Origin: Candidatus Wolframiiraptor gerlachensis
Lineage (GTDB): Archaea; Thermoproteota; Nitrososphaeria_A; Caldarchaeales; Wolframiiraptoraceae
Length of the DNA: 35,642 bases
Reading direction: 5' to 3'
NCBI GenBank assembly: GCA_021323375.2
Contig: JAJPCT020000008.1
Location: 1-35,642, forward strand
Shown here: positions 11,160-19,881 of the stretch, one piece after another
Layout of the letters: every line of letters begins with the position of its first letter
Position numbering within the stretch: the first letter of the stretch is position 1
Notes under the pieces: generated by a model
Seen by the model: only the letters and a program-made list of their open reading frames with translations
Databases searched by the model: none
Told to the model about the DNA's origin: nothing
Made by a program: the position numbers and the translations under genes

Positions 11160-11690
11160 ATGACCACGGGCAAGAATGATTATGAGACGTTTCTGCTCTC
11201 AGGCCAGAGGGTTTACAAGGATGATGAGAGGCTCCAAGCATGTGGTGCGGTCGATGAGCTCTCCTGCATCCTAGGCGTTGCCAAGGCCTTCTTAGTGGAT
11301 GGGGAGGTGGCGGAGATACTTACGAGAATCCAAGATCACCTCTTCATAATTGGGTCCCAGATCTCGGCCCTTGGAGCCGAGGTCGATGCCCCGAGAATAG
11401 GCGGAGAGCATCTCGAGTATCTGAGCAACGTTATACGTGAGTATGAGGGTAGGGTTCCTAGGCTTACCCGCTTCATCTATCCCGAGGGATCTCCGGCCGG
11501 GGCATTCCTCCACCTTGCTAGGGCCTTCGCGAGAAAATGTGAAAGGATTCTTGTCGGGCTCTCTAGGAGGTTTGAGGTCGATATGGCGTTAATCACTTAC
11601 ATGAATAGGCTCTCGAAGACCCTATTCCTGTTGGCAAGATATGTCAATATGAGGGATGGGTTTGGGGAAAGGACTTGGACAAGACCTTAA
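11160..11690 (+). CDS. PduO-type ATP:cob(I)alamin adenosyltransferase (divergent)
   Basis: GQRVYKDDERL..GAVDEL, LHLARA..RKCER and YMNRLS..LFLLAR motifs. Confidence 0.8.
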   Translation: MTTGKNDYETFLLSGQRVYKDDERLQACGAVDELSCILGVAKAFLVDGEVAEILTRIQDHLFIIGSQISALGAEVDAPRIGGEHLEYLSNVIREYEGRVPRLTRFIYPEGSPAGAFLHLARAFARKCERILVGLSRRFEVDMALITYMNRLSKTLFLLARYVNMRDGFGERTWTRP

Positions 11691-11732
11691 TAAGGGCTGT
11701 CTAATACTAGGTTTTGAGGAAGAGTTAGGACG

Positions 11733-13178
11733 TTGAGCGAGGATCTCAGAGAGTATTCGAGGCTCCTTGAGAGGGTTTTGGCGAGGTTTCCGGGGCTGAG
11801 TAGAGAGGAGCTTGAGGCGATGGTTGAGGCTAAGCTTAGAGAGTCGAAGCTGCTGAATAGGGTTGGAGCACTCCTACTCGTCGCCGAGGAGCTTGGAGCA
11901 TTCAAGGAGAGGGAGGATGTTGGAGAGATCAAGTCCTATGCGAAGATCGGGGGCCTCGTCCCCGGGCTCCGCGATGTCTCAATTAGAGGAGTTGTGTACG
12001 CCATGGCCGGACCAGTTGAGGCGGGCGGCCATAAAATCCTGAGGCTTAAGATGGGTGATGAGACCGGCTCAGTGAACGTGATAATCTGGGATGAGAAGGT
12101 TGAGGAGGTTAATGCTCTCGGCCTCAAGCTCGGGGATCAGATCGCGGTGCTTCACGGGTATACGAGGGAGAGAGTTGAGACGGGTAGGCCGGAGCTTCAT
12201 GTCGGCGCCGGCGGCGTTGTCGCGAAGCTCGGCGAGGGCATCAAAGATCCTAGAAGCTTCTATCTCGATCTTGGGGAGGCTCTTGAGGCCGGGGACGGAG
12301 TATATGACGTGAAGGCGATAGTCTTGGATGTCGGCGAGGAGAGGCAGGTAAGCACGAGATATGGCGAGGCAACCCTCAGGGAACTAAGGTTGGTCGGGGA
12401 GTCTGGAGAGGCTAGGCTGACGATCTGGAGGGATAGGATTGGCGAGTTCGGGAACCTAGAGGTCGGCGAGGCGATATATGTAACGGACTTGAGGATCGAG
12501 GGAAGCCGCGCCGCGCTAACCCCCAGGAGCATCCTCGCAATCAGGGAGAAGCCCACCGAGGAGACTCTCAGAATGATTCAAGAGAGAAAGGTCCGTGAGC
12601 TCATCTTGAGAGTCCTCGATGTTGTCGAGAAGAGGGCTGGTGTGGTGGCGATCGCGACTGATGGTAGGGAGGTGGTTAGGGTGCAGCCATGCCCCTCCGG
12701 AGTTAAGCCAGGCGATCACCTGCTTGTAAGGGATGCTGTGAGGGAGGTTAGGCGGGGCAGGGTAAGGTTACTATGCTTCGGGAGTGGGGTTGAGAGGATC
12801 GAGCCAGCCCAGCCCATCGAGCCACCCAATAGGGCTGTAAAGTTATCCGAGGTAGTATCGAGCCGGGATACAGAATTAACGGACGTGATCGTGGAGGGTA
12901 TTCTCTATACTAAGACACAGCCATTCAAGGTTAGGACGAGGTTCGGCGAGGTGGATAAGGTCGGATTCTGGATAAGGGATAGGGATACGGCTGTCCAAGG
13001 CTCAGCTTGGAGGAGCAAGGCCATGGAGATCGCCGGCATCGAGGAGGGATCAAGAATCAGGCTCAAGTGGGTGAGCATAAGAATGAACGTCTTCAATGAG
13101 CCGGAGATCCAGCTCGATGAGGACTCGATTATAGAGGTTCTGGAAAAGCCGGGACAAGAGGAGAAAATAGAGGAATAA
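11733..13178 (+). CDS. Replication protein A-like multi-OB-fold ssDNA-binding protein
   Basis: N-term helical segment (GALLLVAEELG) and repeated OB folds (GDETGSVNVIIW; GESGEARLTIW; RDRDTAVQGSAW). Confidence 0.8.
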   Translation: MSEDLREYSRLLERVLARFPGLSREELEAMVEAKLRESKLLNRVGALLLVAEELGAFKEREDVGEIKSYAKIGGLVPGLRDVSIRGVVYAMAGPVEAGGHKILRLKMGDETGSVNVIIWDEKVEEVNALGLKLGDQIAVLHGYTRERVETGRPELHVGAGGVVAKLGEGIKDPRSFYLDLGEALEAGDGVYDVKAIVLDVGEERQVSTRYGEATLRELRLVGESGEARLTIWRDRIGEFGNLEVGEAIYVTDLRIEGSRAALTPRSILAIREKPTEETLRMIQERKVRELILRVLDVVEKRAGVVAIATDGREVVRVQPCPSGVKPGDHLLVRDAVREVRRGRVRLLCFGSGVERIEPAQPIEPPNRAVKLSEVVSSRDTELTDVIVEGILYTKTQPFKVRTRFGEVDKVGFWIRDRDTAVQGSAWRSKAMEIAGIEEGSRIRLKWVSIRMNVFNEPEIQLDEDSIIEVLEKPGQEEKIEE

Positions 13179-13230
13179 TGTGCTATCTCTGCTCGAGATT
13201 CTGCATCGAGCCTAGGAGTAAGTTGCTGGG

Positions 13231-13332
13231 TGGGGCCGCGGCGGGGATTCGAACCCCGGCATCCGGCTTTCAGCCTAGCTTTTTACTTGCTAGTCCACAG
13301 GCCGGAAGGCTAACCGCTACCTCACCGCGGCC
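13231..13332 (-). tRNA. tRNA-His(GTG) with 26-nt intron (13269-13294) at 37/38; G-1 and CCA encoded
   Basis: Reverse complement folds as G-GCCGCGG...CCGGC CT GTG G [intron] A GCCGG...CGGGG TTCGAAT CCCCG CCGCGGC C CCA. The intron contains a CTAGC/GCTAG helix forming a BHB-like motif. Confidence 0.93.
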
Positions 13333-13442
13333 AGCTCGCCTCGAATCCTATGTTTGCTCGCGATTTTTAGCCTTACTTTCGCCCATGAGAGAGTATATTT
13401 TCCCGTTGTTTTCAACCTTCAAGAAAGCTATTTCTAGGCGCT

Positions 13443-14129
13443 GTGTCCCAATTTATTGAGACCTCCTTGGAATTGCCGCAATTCTTTCTCCTTGTGGTTT
13501 TCGTCTCGGCCTCGGGGGCTCTCGCGCCAGGCCCACTACTCTTCGCCACGATGAATATCTCTCTCAGGGCTGGGAAATATGCTGGCCTCGCCGCCGCGCT
13601 GGGCCACATGACCTTCGAGCTTCCCCTAATCCTAGCAATAGCATTCGGTATCTGGAACTTCATCCAAGATCCCGGCGTAAACTTCATGATAGGCATCGTT
13701 GGCTCCGCCGCGCTAATAGCCTTCGGGCTCCTCCAAGTCCGCTCATCGCTCAAGGGGCTCTCAGCAGGTGATAACCCGGGGAATAGCGGCCAATCTCTCC
13801 TGCTTGTTCGCGGCACGGACCTGCTAGCCGCCTTCCTAGTCGGCCTACTCTTCACAGCCCTAAACCCCTACTTCCTCACATGGTGGTTCACTGTGGGATT
13901 GCCGCTGATCTCGGAGGGCGTTAGGATGGGCGGGCTGGCCGGGTTGCTCACCATGTTCGGCTTCCACATCTGGCTGGACTATGCATGGCTCGGCACAGCG
14001 GGCTATGCTACCGCCACCGGCGCCAAATTCCTCAAGCCTAAGCAGATGAACATCTTCTCCTTAGCACTCGCGATAGCCGTGATAATCTTCGGAGCACTAC
14101 TCCTCATCCGAACACTAGAATTATTTTGA
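13443..14129 (+). CDS. LysE/RhtB-family amino-acid exporter
   Basis: SGALAPGPL N-term motif, LNPYFLTWW and about 6 TM segments. Confidence 0.88.
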   Translation: MSQFIETSLELPQFFLLVVFVSASGALAPGPLLFATMNISLRAGKYAGLAAALGHMTFELPLILAIAFGIWNFIQDPGVNFMIGIVGSAALIAFGLLQVRSSLKGLSAGDNPGNSGQSLLLVRGTDLLAAFLVGLLFTALNPYFLTWWFTVGLPLISEGVRMGGLAGLLTMFGFHIWLDYAWLGTAGYATATGAKFLKPKQMNIFSLALAIAVIIFGALLLIRTLELF

Positions 14130-14141
14130 GGTGGATTAACC

Positions 14142-14441
14142 TTGCTTGATTACCCCATCCTGCTTATCTTAACAATCTTCGCCGCCACAACAATATTCTA
14201 TATCATCCTCTATCGGAGAATTATTTCCAGAGCATCAAAGCATTATCTCACAGAATACAATGAGGTTAAAGAGAGCGAGTTCTCGAGGCTAAGGAATATT
14301 ATACCCCGCGGAGGCTCCGAGCTCGAGAAGCTCCTCTCAGAGCTAAAGGAGATAAGGAGGAAGGCTGAGCTACTCCTCGATGAAGGAGGAGGTTCTGAGG
14401 GCGAGAGACGCGGCGATAAGAGAGGCTCTGAAAGAGATTAG
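14142..14441 (+). CDS. Small membrane-anchored hypothetical protein
   Basis: N-terminal TM helix, then a charged coiled-coil-like region; GAGGTG RBS upstream. Confidence 0.6.
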   Translation: MLDYPILLILTIFAATTIFYIILYRRIISRASKHYLTEYNEVKESEFSRLRNIIPRGGSELEKLLSELKEIRRKAELLLDEGGGSEGERRGDKRGSERD

Positions 14442-15084
14442 AGATGGAATGGTCATCGGATACGGGTCTGGTACCACTGTAGCCCAGATGACCGCAATCC
14501 TGAGAGACCTGATACTTGAACAGAATCTTAACATAGTCTTTATACCATCATCACTCCAGTCGGCAGACCTGATACTATCCCATGGCCTAAAGCTTGCATC
14601 GCTCGCAGAATATCCCGAGCCCGATCTAATGCTCGACAGCTTTGATCAGGTAGATGCTGATGGCAATGTGATCAAGGGGGGAGGAGGAGCCCTCCTCAGG
14701 GAGAAGATCTTGATGCAGGCATCCAAGAGGGTGGTTCTCGTCGGCGACCACCTCAAGCTCAAGGAGAAGATGGACTTCCCAGTCCCCATCGAGATACTCC
14801 AGTACGCCTACCCACACGTGAAAAGAGTCCTTAGCTCATGGGGCCTGAAGATGGAGGCCAGAGTCTCGGGAGGAAAGATGGGGCCCGTTATAACGGATAA
14901 CGGGAACATCCTGGCAGACGTCCACGCTGGAGTGATAGATGATCCCGAAGACCTCAACGAGAGGCTGAAAAGCGTCGCGGGAATACTGGAGACAGGCATA
15001 TGTCCAAAAGCCGCGAACATGATCATAATAGGATACCCGAACGGCAGGATCAAACATATGAACATCGATAGGAAGAGGTTCTAA
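14380..15084 (+). CDS. rpiA: Ribose-5-phosphate isomerase A
   Basis: GYGSGTT, DSFDQVD, IKGGGGALLREK and GPVITDNGN motifs. Confidence 0.93.
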   Translation: MKEEVLRARDAAIREALKEIRDGMVIGYGSGTTVAQMTAILRDLILEQNLNIVFIPSSLQSADLILSHGLKLASLAEYPEPDLMLDSFDQVDADGNVIKGGGGALLREKILMQASKRVVLVGDHLKLKEKMDFPVPIEILQYAYPHVKRVLSSWGLKMEARVSGGKMGPVITDNGNILADVHAGVIDDPEDLNERLKSVAGILETGICPKAANMIIIGYPNGRIKHMNIDRKRF

Positions 15085-15156
15085 TATAATTACCCGCACA
15101 ATACTGGGAACATGTGTGACCGATAGCAGTAACGCTTAAGAGGGGTGTGGCCACCT

Positions 15157-15426
15157 ATGGTAATGATTAGAATGCTAACTAGGTGGGAGCGGAAAGTCCT
15201 GCTCGATAAGCTACATGGCCTAGAAGTTAATCCAGATCATCTAAGAGTTGTTAAACACAGAGTCAAGAAAAGGCTTATAGAGGCATTTAGGGACATGCAA
15301 CTGATCTATGCTGTCTTTCCCGATCTTCAGAATGTTATAGGTGTAGCAGGCATCAGGGTGGTGCGGGGGGTGGGATTTGAACCCACGAACCCCTACGGGA
15401 CAGGAGCCTCAGTCCTGCGCCTTTGA
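15157..15426 (+). CDS. Small basic protein reading into the antisense of tRNA-Leu; probable relic integrase N-fragment, int(N)
   Basis: MLTRWERKVL...RVVKHRVKKRLIEAF aligns with the ORF at 34146 that runs into attR of the integrated element. Confidence 0.6.
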   Translation: MVMIRMLTRWERKVLLDKLHGLEVNPDHLRVVKHRVKKRLIEAFRDMQLIYAVFPDLQNVIGVAGIRVVRGVGFEPTNPYGTGASVLRL

Positions 15427-15446
15427 CCAGGCTTGGCTACCCCCGC
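15359..15446 (-). tRNA. tRNA-Leu(GAG), long variable arm, CCA encoded
   Basis: Reverse complement: GCGGGGG...CAGGA CT GAG GC TCCTG...GTGGG TTCAAAT CCCAC CCCCCGC A CCA. Confidence 0.95.
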
Positions 15447-15527
15447 CCGTGATGAGTTTTCACATATCCGGTATTTAAACTTAGGATTAACAGTCTTAAA
15501 AATTTCTGCGTGCGTGATTATTCGAGC

Positions 15528-16526
15528 TTATATCACGAGCCTTATTCTCGTTCCTACTCCTTTCTTGAGGGCGTTCTCATAGACGATGTTCGCGACGGCT
15601 GCGTCTTGTATTGCTAGACCTGTTGAGGAGAATATTGTGATCTCATCATCGCTTTCTCTGCCCCTCTTCAGCCCGGCGACGATCTCGCCAAGCTCTCCAT
15701 AGATGCTTCCCGCCCCTATTATCCCCTCGCTTAGCGGCACGTTTATCTCGCCGCTATGGATCGCCTGCTCAACATCATCCACGACGATCTTTGATGCTCT
15801 CTTGAGTATCATCGGGTCGAGCTCCTGCTTCCCTGGAGCATCAGCCCCGATACAGTTGAAGTGCACCCCATCAGATATCCATTCACTCATCACCACGGGC
15901 TTTCTCGATGGTGTTGTGGTGATTATTATGTCGGCGCCCTCAACAGCCTCCCTCACAGATGATGCGGGGATCAGCGAGAGCCCTGCACCCCCATGATCCC
16001 CAATAAATTGTATGAAAGCTTTTTCGGCCTCCGGCTTGATGTCGAAGATCCTTATCTCCTTAATGGATTGGAGGACTCGTGTTATTCCGAGGAACTGCAT
16101 TCTCGCCTGTGTTCCGGCTCCTATGAAAGCCGCTATCCTAGAATTCTTCCTCGCGAGGTATTTAGCAGCGACCGCCCCAGCCGCACCAGTCCTGATTCCA
16201 GTTATCCATGTCCCGCCCATAACCGCCTTGGGAAAGCCCGTCTCAGGGTTCACGAGGACTATCATGGCCATGACCGTTGGAAGGCCCTTCTCAGGATTCC
16301 TTGGATGAGAGTTTACGATCTTGACGGATGATATATCGCCTGTCTTGATATAGCAGGGCATAACCCTCAAGTCTCCATTCCCGTAAAAGAGGTAGACTTT
16401 TGGCGGCATCTGGACGTTGCCGAGCGCCTTGTCCCTGAAAGCTCTCTCGACGGCGCTTATCGCCTCATCCATCGAGACCAGCTTCTTAACATCCTCCTCC
16501 GGCAAGAGGAGAGTATCCATCAACAT
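15528..16526 (-). CDS. ala: Alanine dehydrogenase, ornithine cyclodeaminase/mu-crystallin family
   Basis: MPPKVYL..GDLRVMP, KIVNSHP.NP, RTGAAGA, IGAGTQA, IGADAPGKQEL and STGLAIQD motifs. Confidence 0.88.
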   Translation of the reverse strand: MLMDTLLLPEEDVKKLVSMDEAISAVERAFRDKALGNVQMPPKVYLFYGNGDLRVMPCYIKTGDISSVKIVNSHPRNPEKGLPTVMAMIVLVNPETGFPKAVMGGTWITGIRTGAAGAVAAKYLARKNSRIAAFIGAGTQARMQFLGITRVLQSIKEIRIFDIKPEAEKAFIQFIGDHGGAGLSLIPASSVREAVEGADIIITTTPSRKPVVMSEWISDGVHFNCIGADAPGKQELDPMILKRASKIVVDDVEQAIHSGEINVPLSEGIIGAGSIYGELGEIVAGLKRGRESDDEITIFSSTGLAIQDAAVANIVYENALKKGVGTRIRLVI

Positions 16527-16546
16527 AACACCGCTTATACTAGATG

Positions 16547-17719
16547 TTATCTCGGGATCTTATACGCATTCCTCTTTATCTTCTCTATGGCTCTCGGGAT
16601 ATCCTCTAGATCCTCCTCATCTGCTAGGAGGACATATTGTGGAATCCATACCGCCTCCTCATATGAGGCCTTCTCAGTATTCGGTAACGGCTTGCTGGGT
16701 GGGAGGAATGAATAGCTGTAGAGCGGCTTATATCCCGCGTTGCATGGAATCCCTTCTGCGGAGAGGGCTTCAACAAACCTCTGCTTTGGGAGATTCGAGA
16801 ACTCCCGCGAATCATATTTGAAGATATAGAGGTGGTATGCATGTCTAGTTACCCTGCTATCATGCTTTAATGGAGTAATGCCGTCGATCTCGGAGAGAAG
16901 CTTATCTAGGATTCTCGCGCCTCTCTCCCTCCTCTCCATGAGCTTGGGAGCCCTCTCAAGCTGGGCGATGAGGACCGCTGCCTGAAACTCGGTTATTCTA
17001 TAATTCCAGCCATATATCCTGTGCTCATACCATGGGCCCATCCTAGGCCTGCCGACATTTTTCAGGGACCAGACCTTCTCAGCTATCTCATCGTTGTCCG
17101 TTGTTACTGCTCCGCCCTCGCCGCATGTTATGTTCTTTGACTGGTAGAAGCTAAAGATCCCCGCGTCTCCTATCGCGCCAACCCTCCTTCCCCTCCACTC
17201 CGCCCCATGTGCTTGGGCCGCATCCTCCAGCACTAGAAGCGACTTTTCCTCCGCCAGCTCCATTATGGCATCCATGTCCGCCGGCCTCCCGGCGATATGC
17301 ACAGGTATTATCGCCCTCGTCCTCTCGCTCACCAGCCTCCTCGCGGACTCCGGGTCGATCGTGTACGTCTCCGGGTCTATGTCCGCGTAGACCACTCTTA
17401 GCCCTAGATCCAGCGCTGATGTTGCGGTTGCGAGGAATGTGTATGCCGGAACTATCACCTCATCTCCCGGCTCCAGTCCCATGGCCCTTAACGCGATCTT
17501 CAAGGCGGCTGTCCCGCTTGAGCAGAGAAGCGCGTGCCTGGCATGCTGGAACTCGGCGAACCTCCTCTCAAACTCCTCCTGAAATCTTCCGCCAATGCTC
17601 CATCTCCCGCTTCTCAGGGCCTCGAGTAGAAGCTCTTCCTCGCGGCTATCATAAATCGGCCAGCTCGGGTAAGGCTTCCTCCTAACAGGCTCTCCACCGA
17701 TGATTGCCGGCAGCTCCAC
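16547..17719 (-). CDS. DegT/DnrJ/EryC1/StrS PLP aminotransferase (RifK/BtrR-like)
   Basis: SSGTAAL, EDAAQAHGA, FSFYQSKNITCGEGG (PLP lysine) and GWNYR motifs. Confidence 0.9.
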   Translation of the reverse strand: MELPAIIGGEPVRRKPYPSWPIYDSREEELLLEALRSGRWSIGGRFQEEFERRFAEFQHARHALLCSSGTAALKIALRAMGLEPGDEVIVPAYTFLATATSALDLGLRVVYADIDPETYTIDPESARRLVSERTRAIIPVHIAGRPADMDAIMELAEEKSLLVLEDAAQAHGAEWRGRRVGAIGDAGIFSFYQSKNITCGEGGAVTTDNDEIAEKVWSLKNVGRPRMGPWYEHRIYGWNYRITEFQAAVLIAQLERAPKLMERRERGARILDKLLSEIDGITPLKHDSRVTRHAYHLYIFKYDSREFSNLPKQRFVEALSAEGIPCNAGYKPLYSYSFLPPSKPLPNTEKASYEEAVWIPQYVLLADEEDLEDIPRAIEKIKRNAYKIPR

Positions 17720-17764
17720 GGCTTCTCGGCTAAAAGCCCCTACCTCTAGTGTAAATAGATTTTT

Positions 17765-18610
17765 CTAGATTGATCCAATGATGAATGCTATTAGGCCTAG
17801 GAGCATCCAGATAAGCGTCATGGACTTAACCTTCAACGCGTTCTCCCCAGAGTAGTCTTTCAGGATGCTGTACGCGGAGTATGTGAAGCCCGCGTCAGCT
17901 GCCGCGACTATCGGGATATAGATCCATGAGACGAGGCCTAGTATGTATGGGAGTGGGCTCACCGCGACCGCCGCCATGTAGAGGGATGCGCCAAGCCTCG
18001 CCGCGAATCTCGGCCCCATGATCCTGGCAACAGACCTGACCCCGCGGAGGGAGTCTCCCTCAACATCCGAGATACCCTTGATTATCTCTCTCCCCAAGTT
18101 TGATAGGAAGACTGGGAGGATGAATGTCGCCAGCCTCGGCGAGATGTATCCATCCGAGAGTATTGAACCATAAATGAAGGGTGCGGCCACGACACCGCTC
18201 ACGATTATGTTTCCGGGTAGGCCGCTCCTCTTCAGCCAAGCATTATAGGCGAGTGATGCAGCGTATGCGATTGAGGCTACTATGAGGCATTGGATCGAGG
18301 TTAATGCTGACGAGGTTAGACCAAGGATTCCAAGGGCCGCTGAGAATGCCGCGGCCTCCGAGGCTGAGATTGTGCCGGATGGTATCGGCCTCCATGGAGC
18401 ATTTACTCGATCCACCTCGCGGTCGAAGTAGTCGTTGAATCCCATGGAGCTCCCGCAGAGCCCGTAGGCAGTTATGAGGGCGAGCACGAGCTTCTCGGGC
18501 TGAAAGCTCTTGCTATCGGATAACACTATGCCAGCTATCACAGCTATGTACATGAGAATAGCGTTCGGCGGTCTCGTGAGCTTGAGGAGAGCGCGAAGCT
18601 TTCTAGACAT
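17765..18610 (-). CDS. Digeranylgeranylglyceryl phosphate synthase (UbiA family)
   Basis: LTRPPN, NDYFDREVD..N.PWRPIPSG, YNAWLKR..LPGN and REIIKGISDVEGD motifs. Confidence 0.88.
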   Translation of the reverse strand: MSRKLRALLKLTRPPNAILMYIAVIAGIVLSDSKSFQPEKLVLALITAYGLCGSSMGFNDYFDREVDRVNAPWRPIPSGTISASEAAAFSAALGILGLTSSALTSIQCLIVASIAYAASLAYNAWLKRSGLPGNIIVSGVVAAPFIYGSILSDGYISPRLATFILPVFLSNLGREIIKGISDVEGDSLRGVRSVARIMGPRFAARLGASLYMAAVAVSPLPYILGLVSWIYIPIVAAADAGFTYSAYSILKDYSGENALKVKSMTLIWMLLGLIAFIIGSI

Positions 18611-19130
18611 TTCTCAGGTCAACTATCGAGGCCTTGTAGTATATGACCTCATTCCTCCTGTCGACGACCGCTATGACGAGCTCCTTCCTCAGCTTTCTAG
18701 CCGCTGAGAGCCACTCTATCATCTTCTCAACCGAGATGTTTCTGCCCTCCATGATGGGCGCGACAAGATATCTCGCCGGCTCCTCCCCATACTTCCCCCT
18801 CTCAAAGACCCTGAATCTCAGCTCCCTATTCACGCCATCCTTAACGACATAGTTCCTCTCCCTCAAATCCCTGTAAACAACATAGTCCCTCCAGATGTTC
18901 TCATCAAGCTGTTTCAGGGTCGCGAGAAGCTTGTTGAAATCTAGCTCCTCGCCCGAGGCCGAGAAGACCCTCATCCTTCCCGTCTCGACGAGATAGAGGG
19001 CCTCTGGGTAGGAGTATATCACGAGCCCGATGGCCTGATCCTCCACGCCATAACCCTTAGAGAGGAGCTTGACTACCTCATCGCCCTTTTCGGCCTCGAT
19101 CCTCGCATCCCTGAGCCTTGCCTCAAGCAT
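18603..19130 (-). CDS. tRNA-splicing endonuclease subunit, probably the non-catalytic (structural beta) subunit
   Basis: EALYLVE, YVVYRDLRERNYVVK and RKELVIAVVD...VIYY motifs. Catalytic Tyr position reads F (FRVF) and the catalytic His is absent. Confidence 0.85.
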   Translation of the reverse strand: MLEARLRDARIEAEKGDEVVKLLSKGYGVEDQAIGLVIYSYPEALYLVETGRMRVFSASGEELDFNKLLATLKQLDENIWRDYVVYRDLRERNYVVKDGVNRELRFRVFERGKYGEEPARYLVAPIMEGRNISVEKMIEWLSAARKLRKELVIAVVDRRNEVIYYKASIVDLRNV

Positions 19131-19205
19131 CCCACGAAAACACCCAGCTCATGGGATGATAAAGATATTAAGGCTTCTCACGGTGTGGCGCGGGGAGACT
19201 GGACG

Positions 19206-19804
19206 ATGGCCAAGTCCGTGACGATGGCAGGACTTGCGATAACACTCCTCATATTCGGGCTCATAGCTGGGTATCTCATCGGTCTGAGACCCAACCCCGC
19301 ATAATAACGGTCCATGAAACATTCACCTCGACAATCATCGAGACGGGGATCTTAACACTCACTCTGACGATAAGCCATGTCAAGACAACGACGACGCTTG
19401 CGTTCGAGGCACCTTCCATGAGGGCTGTTAAGGCTGTCTGCATAACGAGGCTTATGGGAGGATGCATGAACATCTTAAGCGATATTATAAGCCGGTGGAT
19501 GCCCTGATAAGGGCCGCTGAGAGGGGTTAATGTCAAGGTCTTGATTGAGGCTGAGAGTGCGGGCTGGCAGGGAAGCGAGCATGAGAAGCTCATTGCCCAC
19601 GGCGTGGACGTGAAGCTTGACTCAAACCCTGATCTAATGCATCACAAGGTGATGATAACTGATGGGGGATCGTGGTCACGGGGAGCTATAACTAGACATG
19701 GTCCGCCGAGAAGAATAACGACGAGAACATCCTCGTGGTCGAGGATCCCGAAGCCGCCGCGATCTATGAGAGGGAGTTTCAAAGGCTCTGGAGCCATTGG
19801 CTAA
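19206..19804 (+). pseudogene. Membrane-anchored PLD/Nuc-like nuclease-domain gene, disrupted (frameshifts and apparent internal deletion)
   Basis: N-term TM helix and Thr-rich linker; fragments DALIRAAERG, MHHKVMITD (HKD motif), TGSYN and NNDEN fall in different frames. Confidence 0.7.
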
Positions 19805-19881
19805 CGCCCTGAGCTGGGCGAAACGTATAAGGGAGGGCCATCCCCACTCACACCATGTAATCTGGTTAAATATGGCCCAGC

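Noticed and set aside
13178-13459. 93-aa plus-strand ORF
   Set aside because: Antisense read-through of tRNA-His; no protein-like features.
17209-17685. Long antisense ORFs such as this one and 5527..5949, 7793..8353, 20560..21312
   Set aside because: They are shadows of well-supported genes on the opposite strand.
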